Source: a virus
Lineage: Duplodnaviria; Caudoviricetes
DNA length: 64,000 bases
IMG/VR virus record: IMGVR_UViG_3300042481_000164
Coordinates: 1 to 64,000 of that record
Strand: one strand, 5' to 3'
The notes under the pieces were generated by a model, which was not told the origin of the DNA, searched no databases, and saw nothing but the letters and a program-made list of their open reading frames with translations. This document shows, in pieces, positions 40,295-48,730 of this stretch. The translations under genes were made by a program, and so were the position numbers. Each line of letters opens with the position of its first letter. Position 1 is the stretch's first letter.

Positions 40295-43200
40295 ATGGTT
40301 TGTGAAGTTAAATTAAAGTCAATCAAGTTTTTAGAAGATGAAAAAGCTACTAATGATGTAAGAAAGATAATTGATATAGCAAAGTTTGATAAGCTCAACA
40401 GGAGTCTTACCAAACTTGCTGTTGATAAGTATGGTCTTGAGACTAATGGTGAAAATCTTTTTGAGAATAGAGAAATTAAAATCAAAGATGTAAGAACCTC
40501 TACATACAGAAGAGATACTTTTGTTACTATAAATAGAGCAGAGCCAAATGATCCTTTATTTGAGAAACTTCAAGAACTAAAAGAAAGGTATGATCAAAGA
40601 AATGAAATAGCTAAAAATGCTATTTTACCAGAAACTACTACACAAGCACAACCAAAATTCATTAGAGAAAAACAGGCTAATCCAGATTTTCCAGTTATTC
40701 CAATGGATTTAAATACTATTAATCAGCAGCAATCAAAAGTAGTTGCTGAAGCTATAGCATCTAAATTAGCTGCTAAAATGGGAGTAAACTATCATACGGT
40801 TACTTCTGAACAAGCTACACAAATGCTTAAAAACAATCCGGTACCATATAGAGGTGAGCCAGCTTTCTTTTATAATGGTGCAGTATTTATTGTTGGAGAC
40901 AATGTTAAACCAGGAATTCTCCTACATGAGTTTTCTCATCCATTACTTCAAGGTTTAAGAAAGACTAATGCAAAGTTGTTTAATAGCTTATTTGAACAAT
41001 TAGCAAAGACAGAGGAAGGTTTAGGTATAATTGATTATGTGTCTAGAGCATATCCAGAACTAGATGCTACTTCTGATTTATTCAAAGAAGAAGCATTAGC
41101 TTTTGCTTTACAATTAAAATCTTTAAATAAACTTGAGAAACAAATTGAGACAGAAGGTTTCCAGTCCTTTATAAGTAAGTTATTAGCTTCATTAAAACAG
41201 TTTTTACGTGATATATTTGGAAATGGTGTAAACTTGAAAAACCTAAATGAATCCACATCTCTTGATGAGTTATCAGAAATGCTACTTGATGATACTATGT
41301 TTGATTTTAGTGAAGTAAAGTTAACAGAGGATGATCTTGTTATGTATGTTAGAGACATTTTTGATGAAGCAGACAAACTTTCACAAAGTGTTAATGCTTC
41401 TACACTACAAAACATAGTTAATGAGGTTTATGCTAGTCATGTTGGTATTGTTAATCAGATTAAAGACTTTAAGGCTGATAAGGTAACCAAAGAAATGTTA
41501 CAAAGAACTTTGGATAAACAGGGAACAACAGAGTTTTTACCTGCTGTAAGAAAGATTCTTTCTGGATACCAAAACATAAACAATCTACAAGACTTGGTTA
41601 ATGAAGACTTAGAAGACTTAGACAGAAGTAAACAAATGGCCGGGGCTTTAATCAATAGTATTGATAGAATTAACTCATCCAGTGAGAATATTATCAAAGA
41701 ACTAAATAACATCTCCAAACAACCTAATTTAATCAATAATAGAAACACTATAGCTTTATTAGGTATATATAAAAATACATCTCAAGCTTGGTTAAATATT
41801 GTTGATGAAATCAATACAGCTTTAGATGAGTTAGACATTGACAAAAATAGTGAGTTCTATACATTAGTTACAGGTATTGTTAATAATGCAACAGTTATAA
41901 ACTCTAAGATTGCAGACATTTATAAAAGAGGTAATGTACAATTCTTTGTAGAAATTACAGGTTACATGAATGAGTTTGTAAACAAAGAATTAAAAGGTAA
42001 CCTTGGTATTGCATTAAAAAAAGCTTATCCTGAAGACCAGTTAGAAGCTGCGGTAGATGATTTGTATAATAAGATTGTTCAACAAAGATTGAGTAATGAG
42101 GACTTACAAAAAATGTATAGTAAAGGTGTACCAGCAAATATTCTTCAAGAATTTATTGACAAGTACAATAAATATATAGTTAGTAAAGACGATATAAAAG
42201 ATGCACTTACAGGACATGCTAAAGATGTAAGTTGGTTTAACAGATGGTTGGAATCTTATTCATCCAGTAATGATATTATAGTAGGGCCATTAGCAATGTT
42301 TATTCAAAATCAAAGAACTGAGGTAGAGACTAAAGTTTGGAGAGCTTCTCAAGATTTTAGAAGTAAACTTGCTGATTTATTACCTAAAGTAAATTTTAAT
42401 AAACTTAATCAGAATCAGATTTTAAATATGGTTTCTGGTAAAGACAAAATATTTTACTTTAACAAAAAAACTAAAGCTTATGAAGCCAAAGAAGTTTACA
42501 CATTTTTAAATGAGTTTGGAAATGGTTGGAGATTTGAGCTTGATAGACTAGAGTATGAGTATGAAGAAGCTAAAAAAACTGGTGATAAAGAAGCAATTGC
42601 TAAAGCTCTTGATGAATTAAGACAGTTTAATAAAGATTATATGTGGCAAGAATACACATTAGATTTTTATGAAAAAGATGATGTATTTAAAAATTCTGAA
42701 ATAGGGTCTTTAGCATATGCTGCAAGAAGATCCGCTCTTGATAATTACTTAAACTTGCAAAACAGTTTGCAAAAAGAGTATGAAAGATTTGAAAAATACA
42801 GTGAATTACAGGAAGCCTTTAGAAGTTACCAAAGATTATATTCTTTACAGAATGAAGATGGAACTGAGAAAGTTGATGATCCTGCAAAAGGTATTTATGA
42901 TAAATCTATTGCTGAGTTATTAATCAAACACAGACAAGAAACTAGTAAGTTCTATGAATGGGTTCCAATTACTAATTCATTAGATACTGCTTATAATGAG
43001 TTTATCACAGAGCTTCAGTCAAAAAATATTAAAAAAGGTACTAAAGAATATGACACTAAATTAAGAGAGTGGCAAAAACAAAACATTAGAGTTGTTTATT
43101 CTGAGAAATACTATGAGACAAGAACTAATTTATTTGAAAGACTTAAAGCAGTTCAAGATCAAATAAATTCACAATTAGGTACAACATACAATGTTTCTGA

Positions 43201-46200
43201 TGAGTATAAAAAAATACTTGACATGTTGTATATGTACAAAGATGATTTTGGTCAGCCTGATGCTACTCAATTAGGAGAAGATAAGCTTAGAAAAATCAAA
43301 GATATTCAACAAAATATTATTGATTTAAGACAAAAGTTTGATAAATACACAGGTTTAACAAGAGAAGATTCTCAAACTCTTTCTGAATTAATTTTAAAAT
43401 CTAGAGATGAGGAGTTAACTACAGAAGAAGCGGAAGAATTGGATAGGTTAATTTCTTCTAAGAAAAATGTAGATATTAATCTGATTGAAACTATGTCAGA
43501 GATATTAGAAGAATTATCAAGTATTTCTAGCAAGTATCCTACTGATTACTACATGGAAGCATTAGAAACACATATGAGTAAGTATGAAAACATACCAGCT
43601 TTTTCAGATGTAACTGTAGATGATTTTATTAATAAAGAGTTGTTTCAACAATTAATTGATCCAACAAGTAGCTTGTATGATGAAGAGTTAGCTAAATGGT
43701 TTGAATTAAACCATGTTGAAGTTATGGTTTTTGAGAATAAGGCATTGGTGAAAAAATACCAGAGAACCGCTGCTAATTCCTACAGCAAACCAACAAACCC
43801 TGAGCATTTTATTACTACTAAAATAAAAGACAATCAAACTGATGAAGTAATCTCTATTATAGGTGTACCTAATATAAGACACTCAAGAAGAGTTGTTAAA
43901 AATGAGTACAGAACAATACCAAGAGGAACAAACAAGAAAGATTACATTGGTAAGTATATAGATAATAAAGGACACTTTTTACCTAGAAGCTTTCAACCAG
44001 GTAGTAAGAACAGTGCTCTTAATGATAGATTTATTGATAAGAGATACCAAGCTTTAAAAGCTGACCCTAATTCAGCTGAGTTTCAGTTGATAGAAGCAAT
44101 GAAAAAGTTCCATTTGAGCAATCAGGAAGGTGCTTCTAATTATGGTAAATTATACTTAGATGTTCCAAGATATGGTATTGGAACCAGTGATAAATACCAA
44201 TTGCTTGCTAAAGGTGAATATGGTGAAAGATTTAAAGATATTAGAGGTAATGTCAATGAATGGTTAAAACAAAAATTTGGTAAGTCTGTACAAGATAACT
44301 TGAATGGATATAACTATGATCCTGAAAATAACCTTGTAAATACAGACCTTAAAGGAAATGAGATTTCTTATATTCCTGTGACAGGTATTTATAATCTTGA
44401 TGCAGAAAAAATAGATGCTGATGTATTTAACTCTTTGTTTAAATACACTATGTCTATTCAAACTCAAAGTGCTTTATTAAAATCATTACCATTAGTAGAA
44501 TCTATTTTAGATACTCTAGATGATCCAGCAAATCAACCAAAAAATTTAGATGCATTTTCTAAAGGTATTTTTGCTTTAAGAAAACAACAACAACATCCTA
44601 CAAGAAAAGGAGCTACTAATAATAGATCTGCTCAAGTAAGATCACTTGTTGAAAGAGAATACTATGGTAGACAAGTAACAGGTATAGAAGAAAATCATCC
44701 TGTTTTAAGTAAGTGGTTGAGTAATATAACCAGTATGTCTAGTAGAGCAGCTTTAGCTTTAAATATACCTTCAGATTTAAAAAACCAGTTATCAGGTTAT
44801 GTTCAAACTATTATTGAAGCTTCTGGAAACAGATATATTTCTGGTAGAGATTTGGCATTATCTGCATCATGGTCAACTAAAGCTATGTTAGAGTGGACTA
44901 CTAAAGGTATTTATGAAATAGGTCCTGGAGCAGTTTCTACTCAATTGATTCAAGTATTTGATCCAACATTTAAAGCTAATGATGAAAATGGTAGACCTGT
45001 GTACAGATCTTTATACAAAGACTTGGTAAATGGAGAATGGATGTATATGCACAGAAAGTTTGGTGAGATGGATGTAGCAATGAGATTGTTTGGTGCATTT
45101 TTACATGCTGAAAAAATTGAACAAACTTTTTCTGATGGTAAAAAAACTTTAATTAGATATAATGATGCTTGGGAAAAAGATGCTGATGGTATACTTAAAC
45201 TTAAAGAAGGTATTCATCCAGGCTGGAGTTATGAAGCAGTTTATCATACATATACAAAAGGTGAATCTTTAGAAAGTATTGCTAAACAGTATGGTGTATC
45301 TGTTGAAGAGCTTAAAGCAAAAAATAGAATTAAGGATGTAATTCAACTTGAAGATGGTCAAGAAATTATTATTGCTAAATCAGAATATTTCAAACAATTC
45401 AAGAATAAACTACAAGGTACATCAAGAGCACTGTTTGGGGTTTATGATGAATTTGGTCAACCAGAAGGTAATAAATTAATTTTATACCGTATGTTCTTTT
45501 TCATGAGAAAATGGTTCACACCAATGTTTGTGAATAGATTTGGAATGGATCTTTCTAAAGAAAATTTTGGAGGTTCAAGATATGATTGGGCATTAGGTAG
45601 AACTACAAAAGGTTACTATGTTGAAGCATTTCAAGCTCTTTATAAAATTATAAAATCTAAAGGTGCTGATTATCAGTTTATGACTGATGACCAAAAAGGT
45701 TCTTTAAAGAAAGTATCTTCTGAAGGTTTAGTAATGATTACTTCAGCTTTACTTGCTTCAATGTTATTTGGTTTTGATGATGATGATCCAGAAAAATGGA
45801 AAAAAATAAAAGCTAAATCAGGTGCTTTGTTTACAGATGAATTTAACACTTATGGTTTCCTATCTAATCATGCTTTATTATTGTTGTTAGGTGTACAAGC
45901 TGAGACAGGTGCTTTTATTCCACTTCCTTCAGTAGGAGGTATGAATCTTGGTGCTGATGATTATGCTAAATTACTAACTTCAACAACAACAGCTTTTGGA
46001 AATACCTTGTTAACTTACATTGAAATCTTAGGTGATGTATTAAACTTGATTACATTTAATGATGAAGCTGTAAGATATAAGAAAGATGTTGGTCCTTATT
46101 GGTGGCAACAAAAAGGTGAGTTAAAAACTTACAAAAGAATATTCAATATGTTTGGTTTAACTGGTGGTATTGGAGATCCTGAAACACCATTGAAAAACTT

Positions 46201-46228
46201 AGAAAAAGGTGCATCAAGAATTAGGTAA
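40295..46228 (+). CDS. giant ejection protein 3 with zincin motif, LysM domain and hydrophobic C-terminal segments
   Basis: LLHEFSHP...EEALA zincin; HTYTKGESLESIAKQYGVSVEELKAKNRI...LEDGQEIII LysM; its only Cys is residue 3. Confidence 0.7.
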   Translation: MVCEVKLKSIKFLEDEKATNDVRKIIDIAKFDKLNRSLTKLAVDKYGLETNGENLFENREIKIKDVRTSTYRRDTFVTINRAEPNDPLFEKLQELKERYDQRNEIAKNAILPETTTQAQPKFIREKQANPDFPVIPMDLNTINQQQSKVVAEAIASKLAAKMGVNYHTVTSEQATQMLKNNPVPYRGEPAFFYNGAVFIVGDNVKPGILLHEFSHPLLQGLRKTNAKLFNSLFEQLAKTEEGLGIIDYVSRAYPELDATSDLFKEEALAFALQLKSLNKLEKQIETEGFQSFISKLLASLKQFLRDIFGNGVNLKNLNESTSLDELSEMLLDDTMFDFSEVKLTEDDLVMYVRDIFDEADKLSQSVNASTLQNIVNEVYASHVGIVNQIKDFKADKVTKEMLQRTLDKQGTTEFLPAVRKILSGYQNINNLQDLVNEDLEDLDRSKQMAGALINSIDRINSSSENIIKELNNISKQPNLINNRNTIALLGIYKNTSQAWLNIVDEINTALDELDIDKNSEFYTLVTGIVNNATVINSKIADIYKRGNVQFFVEITGYMNEFVNKELKGNLGIALKKAYPEDQLEAAVDDLYNKIVQQRLSNEDLQKMYSKGVPANILQEFIDKYNKYIVSKDDIKDALTGHAKDVSWFNRWLESYSSSNDIIVGPLAMFIQNQRTEVETKVWRASQDFRSKLADLLPKVNFNKLNQNQILNMVSGKDKIFYFNKKTKAYEAKEVYTFLNEFGNGWRFELDRLEYEYEEAKKTGDKEAIAKALDELRQFNKDYMWQEYTLDFYEKDDVFKNSEIGSLAYAARRSALDNYLNLQNSLQKEYERFEKYSELQEAFRSYQRLYSLQNEDGTEKVDDPAKGIYDKSIAELLIKHRQETSKFYEWVPITNSLDTAYNEFITELQSKNIKKGTKEYDTKLREWQKQNIRVVYSEKYYETRTNLFERLKAVQDQINSQLGTTYNVSDEYKKILDMLYMYKDDFGQPDATQLGEDKLRKIKDIQQNIIDLRQKFDKYTGLTREDSQTLSELILKSRDEELTTEEAEELDRLISSKKNVDINLIETMSEILEELSSISSKYPTDYYMEALETHMSKYENIPAFSDVTVDDFINKELFQQLIDPTSSLYDEELAKWFELNHVEVMVFENKALVKKYQRTAANSYSKPTNPEHFITTKIKDNQTDEVISIIGVPNIRHSRRVVKNEYRTIPRGTNKKDYIGKYIDNKGHFLPRSFQPGSKNSALNDRFIDKRYQALKADPNSAEFQLIEAMKKFHLSNQEGASNYGKLYLDVPRYGIGTSDKYQLLAKGEYGERFKDIRGNVNEWLKQKFGKSVQDNLNGYNYDPENNLVNTDLKGNEISYIPVTGIYNLDAEKIDADVFNSLFKYTMSIQTQSALLKSLPLVESILDTLDDPANQPKNLDAFSKGIFALRKQQQHPTRKGATNNRSAQVRSLVEREYYGRQVTGIEENHPVLSKWLSNITSMSSRAALALNIPSDLKNQLSGYVQTIIEASGNRYISGRDLALSASWSTKAMLEWTTKGIYEIGPGAVSTQLIQVFDPTFKANDENGRPVYRSLYKDLVNGEWMYMHRKFGEMDVAMRLFGAFLHAEKIEQTFSDGKKTLIRYNDAWEKDADGILKLKEGIHPGWSYEAVYHTYTKGESLESIAKQYGVSVEELKAKNRIKDVIQLEDGQEIIIAKSEYFKQFKNKLQGTSRALFGVYDEFGQPEGNKLILYRMFFFMRKWFTPMFVNRFGMDLSKENFGGSRYDWALGRTTKGYYVEAFQALYKIIKSKGADYQFMTDDQKGSLKKVSSEGLVMITSALLASMLFGFDDDDPEKWKKIKAKSGALFTDEFNTYGFLSNHALLLLLGVQAETGAFIPLPSVGGMNLGADDYAKLLTSTTTAFGNTLLTYIEILGDVLNLITFNDEAVRYKKDVGPYWWQQKGELKTYKRIFNMFGLTGGIGDPETPLKNLEKGASRIR

Positions 46229-46246
46229 TAATTAAAAACAAATACA

Positions 46247-46366
46247 ATGGCTGTAAAAACTACAACAACAAAAGTATCTAGACCCGGAGTTCACTCTAAG
46301 ACTAAAACTTCAAAAAGTAAAAAGTCCAAGAACTACAAAAAAATGTACAAAGGACAGGGGAGATAG
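46247..46366 (+). CDS. 39-aa highly basic peptide ending YKGQGR (absent from ORF track)
   Basis: MAVKTTTTKVSRPGVHSKTKTSKSKKSKNYKKMYKGQGR*; A-rich leader; last gene before the terminator. Confidence 0.7.
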   Translation: MAVKTTTTKVSRPGVHSKTKTSKSKKSKNYKKMYKGQGR

Positions 46367-46410
46367 AAAAAAAAAGGGAGAGCCCGAAAGCTCTCCCTAA
46401 TTTATTTATT
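46367..46410. terminator. bidirectional rho-independent terminator at the convergence of late and replication blocks
   Basis: A9-GGGAGAGC-CCGAAA-GCTCTCCC-TAATTTATTT. Confidence 0.85.
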
Positions 46411-46582
46411 CATCCTTATCTTCACAGCAGTCACATTCTTCTGACTCTTGTATACCAAATTCTGTATCAAACCATTCTCTGGCATCTTGCAAAGTCTGTC
46501 TATCATAACAACCACAATACATACTATTAGCTCCTGCTAAATATGCTTTGACCATTGCTTTTTTAAAAACATTAGGATGCAT
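46406..46582 (-). CDS. 58-aa small Cys-rich acidic protein (absent from ORF track)
   Basis: MHPNVFKKAMVKAYLAGANSMYCGCYDRQTLQDAREWFDTEFGIQESEECDCCEDKDE*; fills the gap up to the terminator. Confidence 0.6.
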   Translation of the reverse strand: MHPNVFKKAMVKAYLAGANSMYCGCYDRQTLQDAREWFDTEFGIQESEECDCCEDKDE

Positions 46583-46587
46583 AATTA

Positions 46588-46752
46588 TTAATTTAAATCA
46601 TCATTTAAACTATTTAATGATCTTCTTACTGTTCTAGAAGAGTTAAATACATTTTTCCTATTTTCCCTAAATTTCAATCTTGGGTAATCACTCATTGGAC
46701 TCAGATTGCAAATCATAACCCATCTGTTTCTGTTTTTGTTATTTCTGTTCAT
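46588..46752 (-). CDS. 54-aa basic hypothetical peptide (absent from ORF track)
   Basis: MNRNNKNRNRWVMICNLSPMSDYPRLKFRENRKNVFNSSRTVRRSLNSLNDDLN*; overlaps the end of the MazG-like gene and abuts the next ORF. Confidence 0.4.
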   Translation of the reverse strand: MNRNNKNRNRWVMICNLSPMSDYPRLKFRENRKNVFNSSRTVRRSLNSLNDDLN

Positions 46753-47134
46753 ATTCTTCTACAAATTGTTTTAAGTTTGGTTTGAAATAATTTGGACCTT
46801 TTAAGATTTTACCATCTTCTCTCATAATAGCTTTACCATCTTCACCAACTTTACTCATGTTGCTTCTATGGATTTCATCAAATACTTTTTCTATTACATC
46901 TTGCATACCATGTTTAAGTATAGTACCACATAGAATATAAAGTTTATCACCTAATGCATCTGCTATTTCTGTAAGGTCTTGGTTTTCACAGCCCATGAAA
47001 TATTCTTTGTTCTCTTCATCCATTAAGTTGTATCTTAATGTGTATTCTTCTTCTGTAAGAAGTCTTGGTTGTTTACCATTTTCCTGGTTGAAAGTTTCAT
47101 GGAACTCTCTTACTGCTTCAATTTGTTTTTTCAT
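46739..47134 (-). CDS. MazG-like nucleoside triphosphate pyrophosphohydrolase
   Basis: EENKEY...EIADALGD...HRSNMSK...REDGKILKGPNYFKP. Confidence 0.85.
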   Translation of the reverse strand: MKKQIEAVREFHETFNQENGKQPRLLTEEEYTLRYNLMDEENKEYFMGCENQDLTEIADALGDKLYILCGTILKHGMQDVIEKVFDEIHRSNMSKVGEDGKAIMREDGKILKGPNYFKPNLKQFVEEYEQK

Positions 47135-47781
47135 AATAATTCTGAATCTATAACTTCTAATACATTTTTAAATGGGTTTCCCGGAATCTCTCCTACAGCA
47201 GTAAGCATAGCATTAACAACTTCTCTAGTCTCAACTTGTGCATCTGGTTTAAGTCTTAAAGAACACATATGCATAAGAGCAAGTAAACTACCAGTCCAAA
47301 TAAAACTTGTGTTTAAGTTTAATGGTAAGATAGTTCTAGCTTGTTCTTTAGATACACCTAACTCTAATAGTAGTGAGTAAGCTTGTTTACAAGTATCAAT
47401 CACTTTAGCTTCAATCTTTTTACAAGCTATTTGGTTATCTACTTTTCCTTCACTACCTTGTTTACTGTTTTTGCTTTGTTTTCTCCACTCAGATATAGTA
47501 TCATAACTATCTGAAAAATCAACATATCTACCAGAAATACTATTAATAGATATTCCAACCTGGTGCTTAAACAGCTGACGCTCAACATATATAGGACACT
47601 CAATTCTAAATTGAAATTGAGGATGCCTAAAAGGACTTGAATGCTTATGATTCCACAAGTACCTAATAAGTTTAGTATTTTGCTCATCTGTATAGTTATC
47701 CGCTTTTTTATCATAGCTCACGCGGGCTACATTTACAATCATGTGATCATTTCCAAAGTGATCAATTAACTCTACCTTCAT
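47131..47781 (-). CDS. thyX: FAD-dependent thymidylate synthase
   Basis: VARVSY; H.SPF; RQLFKHQ-x7-SGRY; EQARTILPLN; LRLKPDAQVE. Confidence 0.9.
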   Translation of the reverse strand: MKVELIDHFGNDHMIVNVARVSYDKKADNYTDEQNTKLIRYLWNHKHSSPFRHPQFQFRIECPIYVERQLFKHQVGISINSISGRYVDFSDSYDTISEWRKQSKNSKQGSEGKVDNQIACKKIEAKVIDTCKQAYSLLLELGVSKEQARTILPLNLNTSFIWTGSLLALMHMCSLRLKPDAQVETREVVNAMLTAVGEIPGNPFKNVLEVIDSELL

Positions 47782-48307
47782 CTTCTTTATTAATATACAT
47801 TATTTTTTTACCTAGGTTATTTAATGCATCAATCACTTCATGAACATAACCACCTTCAATTCCATCAGGGTCTAACATTGTATTGTTTTTCTTCAATGAT
47901 TCTTCTAAGAAATCTTCACATATTTCTTTTAACCCAGACAACATAGCATCTGTGTATTCCATTTCTTTTAAATCATCTACAATAGAATGTATTTTTGCAT
48001 ACAGTAAAATAAATGCTGTTCTCTCATTACTTTTAAAAGAAATTTTAGCACTAAACTCTGTAAACATTTTTTGTAATTCCATTTGTGATTCTTCATTATT
48101 TTCAACAAAAGGAACTAAGAAACAAGAACTAAATTTATCAATATATTCTCCAAGGCTAAAGAATATTTTTTTATGGTCATGTTTGATATATCTAGTCTTT
48201 TTTGCCTTTATGTAATCTTCAAGTGTGTCAAAATCATATAGTAAATCAGAACATTTTATAACAATTCTTACTATTCTAATAGTATCAGCATGCTTAATTT
48301 CCGCCAT
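47762..48307 (-). CDS. hypothetical protein
   Basis: 181-aa ORF in the operon orientation. Confidence 0.6.
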   Translation of the reverse strand: MAEIKHADTIRIVRIVIKCSDLLYDFDTLEDYIKAKKTRYIKHDHKKIFFSLGEYIDKFSSCFLVPFVENNEESQMELQKMFTEFSAKISFKSNERTAFILLYAKIHSIVDDLKEMEYTDAMLSGLKEICEDFLEESLKKNNTMLDPDGIEGGYVHEVIDALNNLGKKIMYINKEDEGRVN

Positions 48308-48319
48308 AGCTTTTTTTAA

Positions 48320-48505
48320 TTAACTCCCACAATTTAAACAGCCATCATCAGTATCTTCTTCTGGATGTTCTTCAATGCGTGGATTAAGTTGTTTTTTTAA
48401 TTCATAAATTTTTTGTTGAATTTCTCCATCCTGGAAAAGGTCACCTGTTAATTGAGTTCTTAAAATCTCAATGTCTCTTTCAATTTCTGCTTCTGTTCTT
48501 GGCAT
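48320..48505 (-). CDS. small protein with C-terminal CxxCGS (RNR alpha tail-like)
   Basis: Ends in DTDDGCLNCGS; helical hairpin N-terminus. Confidence 0.65.
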   Translation of the reverse strand: MPRTEAEIERDIEILRTQLTGDLFQDGEIQQKIYELKKQLNPRIEEHPEEDTDDGCLNCGS

Positions 48506-48524
48506 AGCTATTTATTTTAGGTTA

Positions 48525-48665
48525 TTATTTAGCAAATCTTCTGGTAATCCAAACTTTTCTTCTCATTTTTTTATCTTGTTTGTACATTTTTTTCTGTCTG
48601 TAATGATAGACATCTGTAGTAGCACAAGCAGATAAAATGAAAATTAAAAATATAAAAGTTCTCAT
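48525..48665 (-). CDS. 46-aa basic lipoprotein (absent from ORF track)
   Basis: MRTFIFLIFILSA-CATTDVYHYRQKKMYKQDKKMRRKVWITRRFAK*; LSAC lipobox after a hydrophobic core. Confidence 0.65.
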   Translation of the reverse strand: MRTFIFLIFILSACATTDVYHYRQKKMYKQDKKMRRKVWITRRFAK

Positions 48666-48669
48666 TTTG

Positions 48670-48677
48670 CAAAGATA
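48670..48677 (-). promoter_or_regulatory. TAnnTTTG (-7) promoter element 4 nt before the lipoprotein ATG
   Basis: TATCTTTG-CAAA-ATG on the minus strand, immediately after a terminator. Confidence 0.5.
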
Positions 48678-48702
48678 AAAAAAGAGGTAGTTTCCTACCT
48701 CT
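48677..48702 (-). terminator. rho-independent terminator
   Basis: AGAGGTAG-GAAA-CTACCTCT followed by a T run on the minus strand. Confidence 0.8.
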
Positions 48703-48730
48703 CAAAAAAAATAAAAAATTAACAATTAAA

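Noticed and set aside
6426-44467. Many minus-strand ORFs inside the large + strand genes
   Set aside because: Antisense shadows of biased codon usage (S/L/F-rich) with no motifs or leaders.
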